Source of the DNA: the human T2T-CHM13v2.0 reference genome, Homo sapiens
Assembly: GCF_009914755.1 (NCBI RefSeq)
Contig: NC_060925.1
Strand: one strand, 5' to 3'
DNA: 64,000 nucleotides
A program made the position numbers and the translations under genes. Shown here in pieces: positions 1 to 16,385 of the stretch; within the stretch, counting starts at the first letter, position 1, and each line of letters begins with the position of its first letter. Below the pieces are notes generated by a model that made no database searches, was not told the DNA's origin, and was given only the letters and a program-made list of their open reading frames with translations.

Positions 1-153
<153 letters not shown>

Positions 154-169
154 TCACTCCAGCTGAGTG

Positions 170-420
170 ATAATGAACACAGGCTATAAAGCCAGACTAC
201 CTGGTTTCAAATACTGCCTCTATCACTTACTACTGTGTGAATCTCAACACAGTTCACCATGTGACCACAACCTCTCTATGCCTCAGTTGTGTCATCTATA
301 AAATGGGAATAATAGTACTTGTATCATAGGATAGTTGTGGAGACAGAGCAAAGGTGAAATTTATCAAAATACTTAAAACAGCACCTGGCATTAGTAAGTA
401 ATATGTGGGCATATATTAAG
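170..420 (+). mobile_element. MIR SINE
   Basis: MIR core: GCCAGACTACCTGGTTTCAAAT...GCCTCAGTTGTGTCATCTATAAAATGGGAATAATAGTAC...AGCACCTGGCA. Confidence 0.8.
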
Positions 421-639
421 TGTTATAAGTGTGACCTGTGTATTAAATCACATTAATAAGGTCTTCCCCTCTCCCCAAAAAATTCGGTGATGGGCAAAAC
501 CTAACCCGATGAAACAGAACAGGAATAAAATTTGAACTTCTAATTTAAAAATTCCACTTGTGCAAGTAGAAGATGGGAAAGATGTGAAATCTGATTGACC
601 AAGTTTAATTGTGAAATAGCAGGATACAGTTATCATAGA

Positions 640-1150
640 TGCCAGTGGGATGTTAGGCTACATTGACAGAAGATTAAAAACCATGAATGAAAGGAGGTAG
701 GAGCCATTTGTCAGAGCACATCTGGAATATTCACTTATACCCTAAAAGTAAATAAAACAGGAATAAATAGAACACTGGCTCCCCAGGACAGGTCCAGAAA
801 ACCAGCAACCAGGTAGAGAGAGAAGGTACTGAAGCCACATAACATGGGAAGAACCAAAAGGAAGAGGAACATTTAGCTTGGGTGAGAGTGGGCTTGGGGA
901 GAAGGTAGACACAGGCTGCTTGTCAGTAACAGCTTAGGACTTCTGTATGGAAGAAGGAGCAAATATTCCGTTTAGGCACAGCCAGAGGGACCTACGGGGA
1001 GGAAGATTTTCACCTCACTTAAGGAAGTACTTTCCAAAAACTACACCATCTGAAAATGGGATGAACTGCCTTCCAAGATGGGTGTGAAGGTCCATGGTCA
1101 TCTGGCAGATGGGAAGCTGGATGGTCCTCTGTCCAGACTGTTGGAAAAAG
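640..1150 (+). mobile_element. CR1/L3 LINE 3' fragment (old)
   Basis: GGAGGAAGATTTTCACCTCACTTAAGGAAGTACTTTCC...AAATGGGATGAACTGCCT resembles the L3 3' consensus. Confidence 0.5.
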
Positions 1151-3838
1151 CTAGCATGTGAGAGCAGAGACTGTATCTATCTTAGGAAACAAGAAAACAT
1201 TTATTGAGCATTTACTTTGTGCTAGTGATTTACATAAATTAGAAGATTTAATTTTTATAATCCTGTGAAGAAAGGGGTACTATCCTCAACTTACAGACCA
1301 CAAAACAGAGGAGACTCAGCTAGGAAGAGGAGTCTGAGGTTTGAACCAGATGTGGACTACATTAGACTGTATGTCCTGGTACAATGGCCAGCAAGTTAGA
1401 GGCTCTCAGGAGTAATGGTTAAAGAAGTCGATTAGATGTACAGTTGACCATTCAACACTGAGGCTACAAAAAGGCACAGAGAAGTTGCCAGGTAACTCTC
1501 CCACTCTGGCCTTACCCCTACCCTACACTCCCTTCCCCTCCCCCTTTTATAAAAGGGAAGCCAAGAGAAGCGGCATCACATTTAGGATGCCTCCCAAGCC
1601 CGTGTCAGCACTGATCTCATCAGGCCTGTGGAAGCATCCACACCGGGTTCCCCATGTCAACATGTTAGCCCATGCGGCCACACACAGACAAACCAGCGGT
1701 GCTCTCTGGCAGTGAGGCCAAAAAAAGTTAGGCAAACTACCCAGAGAACTTCTGAGGGGGTATTTGGCACTTCCCATGAAATTATTCTGCTTTTCTTCAT
1801 CTAAAACGCCTTGAGAGCCGAGAAAAGGATAAGACTAAAGTTCCCTCTTAGTGCTGCTCCCAGGTGAACCCAGCAAGGCCTGCTACGGGAGCCTTGTTCA
1901 TTCTGTTCTGAAAGCAAACAGGAGTTCAAGTGTTCTCAGATTCTAGTTACAGGGCTCCAAGGGGTCCTGGATCTGCTTATTCTCCTCACCCTTTTTAGAG
2001 AAGCATGGGAAAGAATACAAGGACAGTATCATAAAACCAAGTTAATGCATTACAAATCCAAAAGCTTTAAAAAATCTGAACCAAATTAAAATTATATTTA
2101 AATGCAGAAATGCTGTGTCTACTTCTTTCCCAGCCAGCCACCCAATCGCTGCTAACCAAAAAGAAGACATTCTCCACACCCAGACACCCTTTCCAGGGAG
2201 CTAGAAAACATCACAGTTGGCCCTATAGACCGAGCCTCTAATTGGAAATAGAATATCCAATTATTTACACAAGACTGTACAGCAAACAGTTCTTGCACCA
2301 CAGATTTCTATTCTCTAAGACAGATCACTAGAAAACAAACAGAGAAACTTGGCGATATAAATGAAAAGGTTTTTTTTTTTTATAATTTTTTTTGGCTTAT
2401 GCCAATTATGAGTCCTCACCCTGTGATTCCATGGTGGGTGCATCTCTACTTGCAACGGAGGGTCTGGCAGGCACCTCGGCCCCTCCTGGCAGGCACGCTG
2501 CCCCACTGTGAATGGCCAACAGGGAAGCCAGCAGGGTGAAACTGGACTCCCTCATTATTTTGCTTTTAAGCTTATGAAGTTTTAAATAACATCACTGTGT
2601 CTACTCTGGTTAAATCATTCTTTCCAGCATCCCACTTTTTAAAGTTCAAACTTTAGAAATGTTTAGTTGAGTCGCAGAAATGATATTCTTACTATTTTAG
2701 TTTGTTTCTCATTAGTAACCAGATTGACAATTTCCTCCCTCTTAAAAGGACACTTGATCTGTAAGTGTTTGTTATTTTGAATTAAGAGGTCCTACTCTTC
2801 AGCAAAATTTCACTAGTACAGACCTTCTTTTCCAAGTAGTTGAAATACAGATAGGGAAGGAAGGTTACTTGTCAGTCTTAAGTTATAGAATGTTTTAAAT
2901 GAATGACTGTTTACTTCTTTAATTATTGAATAAATTAATGGCTAAGAGTATTGCCAAACAAATGTTTTTAGATATAACAAAATGGAATTGTTTGCAATAC
3001 TATCAATATTTCATGCAATGGAGGAATGTGAAAAGCTAGCGCCAACTACTGCAGACTGAGTAGGATAAAGGCTCCCTTTAAGCTCCACGCACACTAGCAA
3101 TCTGTAGAGGTGGCACACCTCCTGTGTGCACTTGGCATGGTGTCTGTATTCCAGTTCACTGTATTGTATATTTTTTTATATATGCTCTTTCCCTCTACAG
3201 GGTGAGCTTTCCAACAGTCGTAACATGTCTACTTTACGCCCAGTCATCTCCCATAGTTCTTGTATTCAGCCCACAAACATCATCAAGCATCTATAATATG
3301 CCATGCACTAGGCTAGACAATGGAAACACAGGAACCAAACACAAAGCCCCTGACTCCAGAGAGGTTACAGCACAGGGCGGAAGACAGCTTAACAGACCCA
3401 ACAAAGCTCAGGTTGGCGAGAAGGTGCCAGTGGGTGGGAAACACTGTGGAGAGGCCTCCAGGCAGCATCTGAGCTAGGTTTGGAGCACTCAGTGGGGACT
3501 TGTTTCAGTGAAGAAGCCCCACATGGGGTAGGTGGTGATGCGAAATGCTCCAGGCAACAGGAGAAGCATGTGCAAAGATATAGGGACACAAGGCAACATG
3601 GTACATTTGGGGGACTGCAAGCTGTTCAGGAGTCAATGCCACCTGAGCGCAGGCCACCATCATCTCCCGCTGGACACCTGCAATACCTTCTGCATCTCGC
3701 CAGCTCCACAATTTGCTCTCTACCCAGAGCCACGATGGTCCTTACTCAGGCTGCTCCCACCTCATCAGAACAAAACCCTCAAGTCCTCACCATGCCCTAT
3801 GAGCCTGGTTGGCCTGACCCCAGCCACCAGTCCAACTT

Positions 3839-4359
3839 CATGGTGGCAGGCAGAATTCCTAAGACAGCCCCCCAAAATTCCTATCCCCTAGCTACTCAGT
3901 CAAAAATTAGTCTGGTGTTTAGATTAGTGCTGCTGCACAGGGATTTTGTAGATGGAATTAAGGGCTGAAGTCAGTTGATGTTACGAGACAGTGATCACCC
4001 AGGTGGGCCTGACATGAAGTATGACGGGGATCTGATGTGAGGGACCCTGCCGCTGGTGCAGTGTTATGAGAAGGCCTATGGCACAGAACTGCAAGTGGTC
4101 TCCAGGAGATGGGAGCTGCCCTCACCACCGACAGCCAGGAAACAGAGACTTCAGTCCTACAACCGCAAGGAACTGAATTCTGCCAATAACCTGAATGAGT
4201 GTGGGAGCAGATTCTTCCCCAGAGCTGACATCCTAAGTGGGACACCCTGAACTGAGACCTCAGCTGAGCTAAGCCAGACTTCTGACCTACAGAAACCGTG
4301 AGGTAATGAATGGGTATGAAGTCGCCAAGTTTTTGTTACACAGCAAAGAAAAATGAACA
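3839..4359 (+). mobile_element. MLT1 (ERVL-MaLR) solo LTR, MLT1D/E-like
   Basis: TGGTGGCAGGCAGAATTCCTAAGA...CAGTCCTACAACCGCAAGGAACTGAATTCTGCCAATAACCTGAATGAG...TTCTGACCTACAGAAACCGTGAG...TTTGTTACACAGCAAAGAAAAATGAACA. Confidence 0.8.
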
Positions 4360-4369
4360 TGCTCATTGT

Positions 4370-4790
4370 CTATTCCACTCTTCCATCTCAGTCACATACT
4401 GACTTTTTCTTCCTGTTGCTCAGACATGCCAAGCCTGCCTCTGCTTCAGTGCCTTGGTACTGACTACTCTTTTGCCCAGAATATTCATCCCCAGATACTC
4501 AGGGGCTTGCTCCCTCCCACCATTCAGGTCTCTGTTCACACACCACCTCCTCCGAGAGACCTTCCTTACCTAGCCTATTTAGATTTGCCCCACCACTCCC
4601 CTCTATCTGCTAATCTGGCTTTATTTTTTTCCATCATACCTGATATTATAGTAAATGTCTGTTTGCTCAGGGTCTATCTTTCCCCTGGAATACAACCCTC
4701 CAAGGGTGAGGCTTTGTCCAGTTTACTCACCTTGGTACCCTCAGTGCTTTGCACATGGCAGTTGCCCAGTGAGCATTTGCTGGATTCTTG
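4370..4790 (+). mobile_element. L2 3' fragment
   Basis: Ends with the L2 terminus pattern CCTCCAAGGGTGAGGCTTTGTC...CTCAGTGCTTTGCACATGGCAG. Confidence 0.55.
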
Positions 4791-5659
4791 AGTAAGAGAA
4801 CAATAAACCTAAGCGCAGCGTTCGGGGCAGCAGCAGGAACAGTAAGGGGCTGGGAGCTGAGGCTGGAGAGGAGGCAGGGCCAGGTCACAAGGGGCTTGGA
4901 TGCCACACAAACATGCTTAGACTTTATCATGATAGCAATGGGATTTATTGAAGGATCTTAAGCTGGAAAATAACCAGAGATTTGTGTTTTTGAAAAGTCC
5001 CCCTGCAGCAGCATGGAAATCAGATTAGCTGGAGGGCAAGATAGACTCAGAAAGCCCAAAGAAGAGGATGTTGGCATCATCTGGATGAGAGATGATGATG
5101 AGACTTGAACTAGAGTGTGGGAGGTGGGGGGATGGTGTACAGATTTAAGAAATTTTTCCAAGAATAGATAGCTCTTGATAAATGACTGGCTTTGGTGAGT
5201 GAAAGGGAAGAGAGAGGTAAGGACACCCACAGAATTCTTTCCAAGGAAACTAAGTAGATCATGCCTGGCACATGGCAGGCACTCAATCCATTTGTTAACA
5301 ATGAATTAGCAAATACCTTTGCCTCCAAGCACTATACTATACTAACTTTCAAGACCACTGGGATCTGAATAAATAAGAATTCTCTTCATTACTACTTACT
5401 TCTGTGGCTATCAGTGCACATATGACTGCTGCCACACAACTACTGAATAGCAAATAAGCTCTCCTTCCCTCTCAACTGGTAAATCAGCTCTTTTAGGAGA
5501 GTCTTTCACATCCTTCAAATTATGGACACATAAATCTTTCCCAAAAAGTACAATGAAACATGACAAACATTTAAGGGATCCCTTCAGACCAACAAAAATA
5601 GTCAACCCATGAAGGAAAAGCAGAGAACAACAAAACAAGGGAGCTGTGCAGACACTAGT

Positions 5660-6970
5660 TAAGAATGCATTTTTAGATCTTAGGCTTTCCTTTTGGCATC
5701 CTTTTCCTTCTTCGTGCAGGACATTCTCTGTTTTCATTTGTCTAGGAGTCTCTGTATTCACCCTTGTTCTTAATAGTTTTGATAGGCACAAAATTTTAAG
5801 TGCCTCATCTTCCCTTTTGGCCGATGAAAATCTGCTATCAGTCTAATTGTTACTGTGCTTTCTTTGCCCTTTGACTGCTTTTGAGATCTTTTCATTGTCT
5901 TTGGTGGTCTAGTTTTATTGCAATGTGTCTAGGTGAAGATTTACCATTTCTCATTATTATTTAAAATTTGACCATTGCTTTTTCCTTTCTCTCAATTTTC
6001 TCCTTCTAGAGCTCTGGTTAAATGTACTTGGGGCTTTTCCTTCTCCTTCAGTGTCTCTTTCATACTTTCCATTGCCTTTTCTCTCTGTGCTATGTTCTGT
6101 GTGATTACTTTCTGTCTTTAATTCATAAGTATTTTCTCCAGTCATATCTAATTTATTATTTAACCTAGCCATTGGGTTTTATATTTTTATTGATTATAGT
6201 TTTTTATTTCTAGAAATTATAGTAGGTTCTTTTTATATTTTCCTGTTTATTCTGAGACCACTTATGATTTTATCTTTTTAAAAAAAAATGTACCATACAT
6301 CGTTATTTTATAGCCTGTATCTGATATTCCAATATCTGAAGTCTTTTTTTTTTTTTTTGAGACTATCTCACTTGTCACCCAGGCTAAAGTACAGTGCACA
6401 GTCATAGCTCACTGCAGTCTCGACCTCCTGGGCTTAAACGATCTTCCTGCTGCAGCCTCCTGAATAGCTAGGACTACAGGCATGTACCACCACACCCAGC
6501 TAATTTTTTAATCTTTTGCAGAGACAGGGTCTCGCTATGTTGAGCCTCTTGCCTCAGCCTCTCAAAGTGGTAGGATTACAGATATGAGCCACTGCACCCG
6601 GCCTCTAATATCTAAAGTCTTTGTGGGTCTCAGGCTATTGTTATTTCTGCTGACTTTCACTCTTTGGGGCTTCTTTTCCAGTGTGTATGGTTGTTTCTGA
6701 AAGGGAATTTACATTCAGCCAAATTTGTGGATAACCTGAGTAGCATTCTGTTGAGCAAGTTTTCATCCAAAAAAGATTTGCATTGTTTCGTTACTAGTGG
6801 GCACTGCCAACCCAGACACTTTGATTTCTCTATTTTGGATTTATCTGAAAGCAGGTAATAGGAATTTGAATTCCCAACCAACATAAAGACTTGACCCGTG
6901 GTTATGGATTCTTAGGAGAAAAATTATTGCCATTATTTTTTCCCATCAGCATTTGTGTAGAGACAATAGG
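5660..6970 (-). mobile_element. old L1 (L1M) fragment, interrupted by an Alu
   Basis: T-rich antisense-L1 signature TTTTGAGATCTTTTCATTGTCTTTGG...GCAATGTGTCTAGGTG. Confidence 0.6.
6345..6603 (-). mobile_element. AluJ-like, internally deleted
   Basis: Poly-T followed by Alu reverse complement. TSD-like AATATCT(G/A)AAGTCTTT on both sides. Confidence 0.88.
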
Positions 6971-7684
6971 TTTCTTTTTTGGTTCCCTGAAACAGAAAAT
7001 CAAAATAATCCTATAAACATTTAAAAAAACCTGAAGAAGTAGTTCAATATCTTCCCACAAAGAAAATATCAGGCCTATATAGTTTTACTATATAGCAAAT
7101 TCTTCCAAACTTTGGAATTATTTATTACTTGAAAATTATATGAACTCTTCCAGAGACAAAAAAGAGGGCATTATAACTTTGATACCAAAAACAGACAAAG
7201 TCAGTAAAAGAAAAGCATAGGCTAATATCACATGAGTAGGTATGAACAAATCCTAAAAAAGTATTGACAAACCAAATCCAAGAATGTATAAAATATATAT
7301 CATAATCAAATAAAGTTTATTCCAGGCATATACAGTTTAACATGAGAAAACCTGTTAATACAATTTACCACATTCACAGATTAAAAGAGAAAAATAATTT
7401 TGAACATTGAATTGATGAAAAAAGCATTAAAAGAATCCTTTAAGTCTGATGTATGGCCCACAAAAAAAAAAAATGAAAAGAAAAAGAAAAAATAATCCTC
7501 ACCTTTTCATAATGTCTGGAATTAAAAAAGCTTAATGAACTGGACATGCAAGAGAATTGCTTCAACCTGAAAAGGGTATCTGCCAAAAACCTCAGCAAGT
7601 GTCATTCTAGATGGTGAAGTATTAGAAGCATCACTAAAATCAATCAGTCAGAAACAAGACAGCATGTCGCTTGTTACTGCTTCT

Positions 7685-7972
<288 letters not shown>

Positions 7973-8169
7973 GTTACTGCTTCTTTTCAACATTGTCCTG
8001 GAGGTCTTAGCCAGTACAGTTAAATAAAGTAAAAGAAATAAAAGGTATCAGGACTGGAAAAGAAAGAACAAAACTGGTTGTAATGATTCAAAACAGTAAT
8101 GAGTCACAAATGATGACTGTCTGCATAGAACACACAAAGAATCTATGCAGAGCTACTAAGAGAGTTGAG

Positions 8170-8455
<286 letters not shown>

Positions 8456-8916
8456 TTACTGAGGGCAGGGACTAGAAGGCTTACATGTCTTGGATGGAGT
8501 TCTTGCTTTGCTGGTGTTTATTCATCCTGAATGAACTCATTCCTAGAACACTTAATTACAATGTAACACAACAAGATTTAAGATGAGTGTAGCCAGTAGG
8601 CTGAACCTCTCTGTTTACCAGAAGCAGTGGGGCCCATGAGGAACAAACACCTCAGCCTTGGAGTCCACTAGTCTACCATTTAACCAACCCATGCACCAGG
8701 GTATGTCACACAATCAGGAAAGGTGAACTACACAACTGGGAGACAGTGTGCCCTCCACAGGCAAACTGGGGGCTTCCGCTCATTTGCATGTGTATATGGC
8801 CTTAGAATCCAGAGGCTTCACCCCTTGTTCTCCAGCATGAAGCTTCAGCAACATCTCAAAATCTTAGCTGGGGATAAGAGGGAATGAAGGGATAGGGGAA
8901 ACAGAGATAGCAACAG

Positions 8917-9225
8917 GTTTTTTGTTGTTGTTGAGACAGGGCCTTGCTGTTGCCCAGGCTGGAGTGCAGTGGTGCAACATTGGTTCACTGCAGCCTCGAC
9001 CTAATGGGGTTAAATAAATCAATCCTCCTGACTCAGCCTCCTGAGTAGCTGAGACTACAATCGCATGCCACCATGCCTGGCTAATTTTTTTATTTTTTAT
9101 TTTTTTGTAGAGATGGGGTCTTGCTATGTTGTCCAGGCTGTTCTCAAACCCCTGGGCTCAAGCAATCCTCCCTGCTCAGCCTCCCAAAATGCTGAGATTA
9201 TAGGCATGAGACACCATGCCTGGCC
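8917..9225 (-). mobile_element. AluJ
   Basis: Alu reverse complement with J-type features (TCACTGCAGCCTCGACC, GGCTCAAGCAATCCTCC). Confidence 0.9.
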
Positions 9226-9783
9226 AGCAACCGGCTTTAAGTCTATGAAGATTTTGCATCTACTGGACAATATTCCTTCTACTATAATAGAAATATATAT
9301 TATATATATGGTTACATATATAAGTATAATAATGTTCTATTAGATAAGGTTATTACATGGGACAGTCTAGCATTCTCATTTTATATTTTTTAGATGACAA
9401 TCACGGTTCTAAGGTCTTGCCCAACTCACCAGCCTAATCTCCTCACCTTGCTCCTTACACTCCAGCAAATTTAACTACTTGGAATTACCTGTATCAATAG
9501 GCCTGGGGTCCCCATCCTCTTCTCATTCATCCCTGGCTTCTCTGACCACACGTTCCCACCCCCACCCACACACACAACTCATACAATCAGTGACATCTCC
9601 TCAGTGCTCCTTTCCTATGAATTATAAAACTTTGTGATGACAAACAATTACAATTCGATATACCATGTGTATTCCCGTCTATGTCCCTTACTGGACTATG
9701 AGCTCACTAAGAACAGGGACCACACTGTATTCACCTTTGTACCTCCCGTGCAGTTGCTCCATGTATGTTGGTTTGAATAAATG

Positions 9784-9786
<3 letters not shown>

Positions 9787-9815
<29 letters not shown>
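9787..9815. repeat. (GT)n microsatellite
   Basis: Perfect GT dinucleotide run. Confidence 0.95.
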
Positions 9816-9821
<6 letters not shown>

Positions 9822-10352
9822 CTAATACGCGGAAGACCTAGACCTTCCTCCCACTACACTCTATGAGTTCACTAAGGGAATAAAACATTGGAAGGAGAGA
9901 GGGAACAAGAGAGAAATGTTGTTCTTGGATTGACAGGCCCCCTCATTAAGGAGATAATTTAGCCACAGGCCAGCGACCGAACTGTGATGGCCTCAGACAG
10001 AACTCCCTCAGCAACAGAACAGCACTGCTGCCAGAGCAGCGCCTGGCTCCCCAGCCCCAATGAGACCAGATGTTTTCAAAGTGATACTGTGAGAGGCTGG
10101 CTGATCTTGTTGAAAATGAATCTCTCTGAACATGTTTAAAATACCAGGGAGAAACTTAATCAGGGAGATAACCAAGAGAACAGACAGAGTTTACCATAGG
10201 GCCATTTCTATCTGTTTACCAGGAAAAAGAGAAAACAAACAGGCTTAAAATGGGACACGCCTGGTGAGTGCAGAAATGACATTTTTGGAAAAATATCAGC
10301 TAGTGTGTGCTTAGATTAGCAGGTTATTTACTGATGTTGGGAATCATATTAA

Positions 10353-11678
<1,326 letters not shown>

Positions 11679-11949
11679 TAGCAGGATTAAGGCTGACACT
11701 CATTTTATATTCTGCACCCAGGGTTAACACGTGATGCGAGAAATTCCTTTTCACGAATACAGAAGAATGTTAGGGATACTTCATGATTAAAGCAATAGAA
11801 GTGCTTCAAAGCAGGAGAGGTCTAAACAGAAGCTCACTGCTCTGCAGTCAGGGGCAGATTCACCTTCCATTTCTGATGTCTAGAGTTAAAAACAATTCAC
11901 CAGGTATGATTTGGGCAGCCATGTGTGACCAACTCCGATGGTCAGAATA

Positions 11950-12900
11950 TTAACTTTAGTTAATGCTCCTGAAAATCACGGGAGCTTCTTTAACAGCCAT
12001 AGCATGCTGCTGACTCATTCTGAGGCTGCAGTTCTCCAGATCTTGAAATATTTTTCGTGTGTGGCTGTTTAGCCAAACCCCATACTTTCATTTGTAATGA
12101 ATGGTTTTGGACTCTGGTGCTAGTCTTTCTTTCTCCCTCTCAAGTTGTATTCAACTAGGTTTGGTTTGCTGTTTCAAAATACCAAGATCTCTTTTTTTTT
12201 AAAAAAAAATCTCATTTCTGTTGCTCTGACCTATTAACAATTCCCCTAGATTTGTCATTCATGTATGTGATCTGTATGCCAATATTATTGTCTAGAAGAT
12301 TTTTTTAACTGATGAAAACAGGGGACACAGCCTCCAGCGTGCTTCCTGTATTATCATCTAGCCTGAATTTTCCTCACCCCACGGATAGCACCAGTGACTG
12401 ATTTGCATGCATGCCTTCTCAACATTCTTCTAAGCTTCCAACCAAGTAACCCCAGGAACTAAAGTTAATCTGGTATGACTGGCTTTTAGCAAAGCCCTGA
12501 TAGCTACTAACGATGACTGCTTCCTTTATCAAGTATTCAAAAATCGTTGTCTTGATAATCCACTTTATAATAGAATATTTCCTGAGATCGATGTCAAGCT
12601 TATCATTTTGTAGCTTTTCTCTCTCTAAATCCTTTTTTAAAAATTAAACTATGTATCCACCTGCATCCTTCCTGTAGTTCTTTGTTACTCCATTATTCCT
12701 CCAACATCACATGATTTGATGATCTCAGTCTCACACTCCCTCAGTCTTCTTGGACTTTGGGGCTTCACCTTATCGGGTGGCATTAGAGTCTCTTGTCATG
12801 GCCTCATCTACTCCAGGCCAGCGATTCTTGCTTCACATTTATCCTACCCTTTCCAGTCAGAGAAGTCATTTCTTGATGGAAAAAAATGCAAGCTGAACAG
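11950..12900 (-). mobile_element. CR1/L3 LINE with reverse-transcriptase remnant
   Basis: The minus strand at ~12460-12613 translates to YKMISLTSISGNILL and, after a frameshift, WIIKTTIFEYLIKEAVIVSSYQGFAKSQSYQINFSS. This matches the CR1 RT pattern YRPISLTSIPGKILE...SQHGF.K..SC.TNL. Outer boundaries approximate. Confidence 0.75.
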
Positions 12901-13800
12901 AAGCTTAGCAGTTTGGTTTCTCTCACAAGCCCCTCTCTTTGGTCTTATTGTTCCAAACATAACTTCTGAAAGCCCTTTTGTTACCCTTCACATTTTTCAC
13001 AATCCTCTTTTCACTCTGCACTCTGTTTCTTTACAGCCCAGAGCCACCCTCTGATATGGACCTTGGTTGCATGACCCGACCTTCCCTGGGTCTGGCTCAG
13101 GGTCCAAGGTCAGGAAAGCACAGAGGAAGTGGCAGCACAGAGAAGGCAGGTCCAAAGGAAAGGGTTATCTAGAAAGTGCCACCTGCAGTCAGCAAGTCAA
13201 GGAGAAAAAGTAACATGATACCTGGAAAGATGTTAAGGTCAGAGGTCAGGAAAGGCAGGATTGCTTATCAATCCAGTGGAGCAATACAAAGGGCTATACC
13301 GTGGATGAGAAATTAGGTCAGTTGCAAAGAAGATGGAGAACAGGTGCTGCTAAGGAGAGGTAGTTCAAATGGGCATCCTTCCTCTGAGGGCTCCTTACAT
13401 GCACAAAGACCTGGCCTTTCTGTCTTTGAATCTCCAGCACCTAGCATAAAGCCTGGCACACCAAAGTTCAACATACTTGTGAATGAATACATCAAAGTGG
13501 CCCTGGCTCCTCATTACCACACTGGGGGAATCCTTTAAAGGAGCAGGTTCAGACTGGAGTCAGTCTTTCATTCACATCCTTAAACAGAAGAGCTATCTGG
13601 ATGGCCACATACCTCTTCCTCCTTTGGAACTGGGGTCACAGCATTGTTTTTAATTGTCCTGAACTGTGTTTCTCTTTTTAAACTTGAGGCCATGGGATTG
13701 TGTTTATCATGTACCTCGACCTTGGGAATCCTTTTTCTTACAGTCTAGGGTAGACTATAGACAAGAACACATTTCCCTCCCTGGCTGTCAGAGATTCTAA

Positions 13801-14180
<380 letters not shown>

Positions 14181-15249
14181 CTATCTTATCTGAAAACATT
14201 GCAATGCCTGATGACTGTGTTCATGAAAAGAATGGCAATTCAACTCCTTTTTCAGGCAGTTTCCCTAATCATGTTAAAACAGCATCATTTAAATATCCTG
14301 CATATTACACTATGGTGAGTCTATATAGGAATCCAAGACTAATACACAGTGGTACTGGTTGATAAAAACTTGACCCAGTCATGGGTTAACCTGGGCTCAG
14401 CAGAATTCTAGTGACAGCATGAAGCTAAAAGCCACTGTTGAAATTTTAACTTGGCAGCAGTCAGTCAAATTGAATAGGGTAAGAACAAGAAAAACCGTAT
14501 CAAGGCCAGTATGTCTCTTGGCAGGCAGAGAGGATCTGGCATCAGTGAATCATCAGGCTTCAGGCTGTCTAAGCTCAAACACAGCACTTCTGATAAAAGC
14601 AGATGCTTTGTTTGGCTGCTATCTATCTGCCCTTCCTCCAATCCCACCAGTCCCATCTACCCCACCCCCACCCATTCCCTACCGGCTTCTGAAAGAGTGT
14701 GTTTGTAAAGGCTTTTTCTAACTAATCGAGAGGCAGAATAAAAATGCTATGGTTTTGAGATAATGTCCTCAAGCCTCTAAGAGGAAGGGCTTCTGCCTAC
14801 CAGATAAAGGAACATATCCCCTTGACCTGTCTTCCCGGGCAGACACCCATCCTCAACGTGGCCACCTACCTAAACCTTGAAAAAGCAGCCATCACCCTTT
14901 AGGCAAAGGCAGACACTGCAGTGTCCATGTACCTCCTCTGTCTACAGGGTCCTTGGGGAATGTCCAGGACCGCTGGGAAGAAACCACAGGAGTATAATCA
15001 CCATGCTGCTGACACAGACCCCAGGGAGGGTGGCCCTGAAAACATGTCTGCCTTATTTAAAAAAATCAAGTAGTGGATAAAATATGCTTTAGTTTAAATG
15101 GCAAGATAGTCTCCTATTGAATTCTATCATCAAAAAAAAAAAAATCTTCTTTTGAACACCAACCCTATCCAGATCCTATCTATCCATATCCTATCTTATT
15201 TCTCTGCACTCGGCCTCCTCTGCTGACTCCCTGGAACAAACTGTGCTGG

Positions 15250-16385
15250 GATTCCTCTGAGGTCGTTCTTAGGGTTCCTTCCCTTTACTCTTTACATAGA
15301 GCTCTAGATCTCTCCTTTGACGATGGCATCCATTTCCATGGCTTTAATTTCACTTCTGTGCAGACTCCTAACTTTATACCTTTCAGGCCAGACCTTTTTT
15401 GCAGAGCTCCAGGCTCATAATTCCAACCGCCTGTCTGTTTAACACCTCCACTTAGACATGCATGCATCTCAAACTTAGCAAACCCCAAACAGAAGTCCTG
15501 ATTCTCAGCAATCTACCATAACCCCCTTCCCTAAGAAAATGCAATCAACCAAACAAATAAAGCCTTGGTCCTCTCCCAAGCTTCCCTATCTCAGCAAATG
15601 CCCTATCCCATATACCCAGCTGCCTGAGCCATGCTTGACTATACCTCTCCCCCACCCCACCATATCCAAACCTCAGCAGATATGGCAGACTGTACCTGCA
15701 AACTATATCTCGAATCCACAGACTTCTCTCCTCTACCACCACGCTAGTGCAGAACCCCACCTGCTCCCTGTACTTTTACAACCACCTCCTGCCTTCCCTC
15801 CTCATCCTCTTCTCCATCAATCCTCCTCCACAGGGAGACAAAGCAATCTTCTAAAAACTGATCGTGCCATTCCCTTGCTTAAAATCCTTTAAAGGTAGAT
15901 TTCCTTTTGCCCTACAGAGAAAATCTGAAGTCCTTACCCAAATCTAGACCAGTGCTAGCCAATAAAAACACAACGTGAGCCACATGGGTAATTTTAAATT
16001 TTCTGATAGTCAATTTAAAAAATAGCTGAAGTTAATTTTAATCCTTTATTTAACCTACTATTTCAAAGACATTATTTCAACACGGTTACATAAAAATTAT
16101 TACTGAAATATATTCTCTTTTTATATCAAATCTTCAAATTCCCATGCCAGAGAGGCCTTCTCTCCACCAGTCTAAGTAACTTGGGGTCCTCTGATGTTGT
16201 ATCTTCCTTGTACCTCCTCATTTTGTAGTTACGTACTTAATGATGCATTTGCCTGAATGCCCCCTAAACTGAGAACTCCCTAAGGACAGGGGATACATCT
16301 ATTTCGTGCTTCACTAGGTACCTGGCATCTAGCACAATGCCTGGCATAAAACAAGCTAATAAATACGCATCGAAGAATAAACAGC
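15250..16385 (+). mobile_element. L2 fragment interrupted by MER33
   Basis: GCATCTCAAACTTAGCAAACCCCAAACAGAA...TCCCTTGCTTAAAATCCTT...CTAGCACAATGCCTGGCATA...AATAAATA. Confidence 0.7.
15949..16140 (-). mobile_element. MER33-like hAT-Charlie DNA transposon (partial)
   Basis: CAGTGCTAGCCAATAAAAACACAACGTGAGCCACATGGGTAATTTTAAATTTTCT matches the MER33 terminus. Confidence 0.65.
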
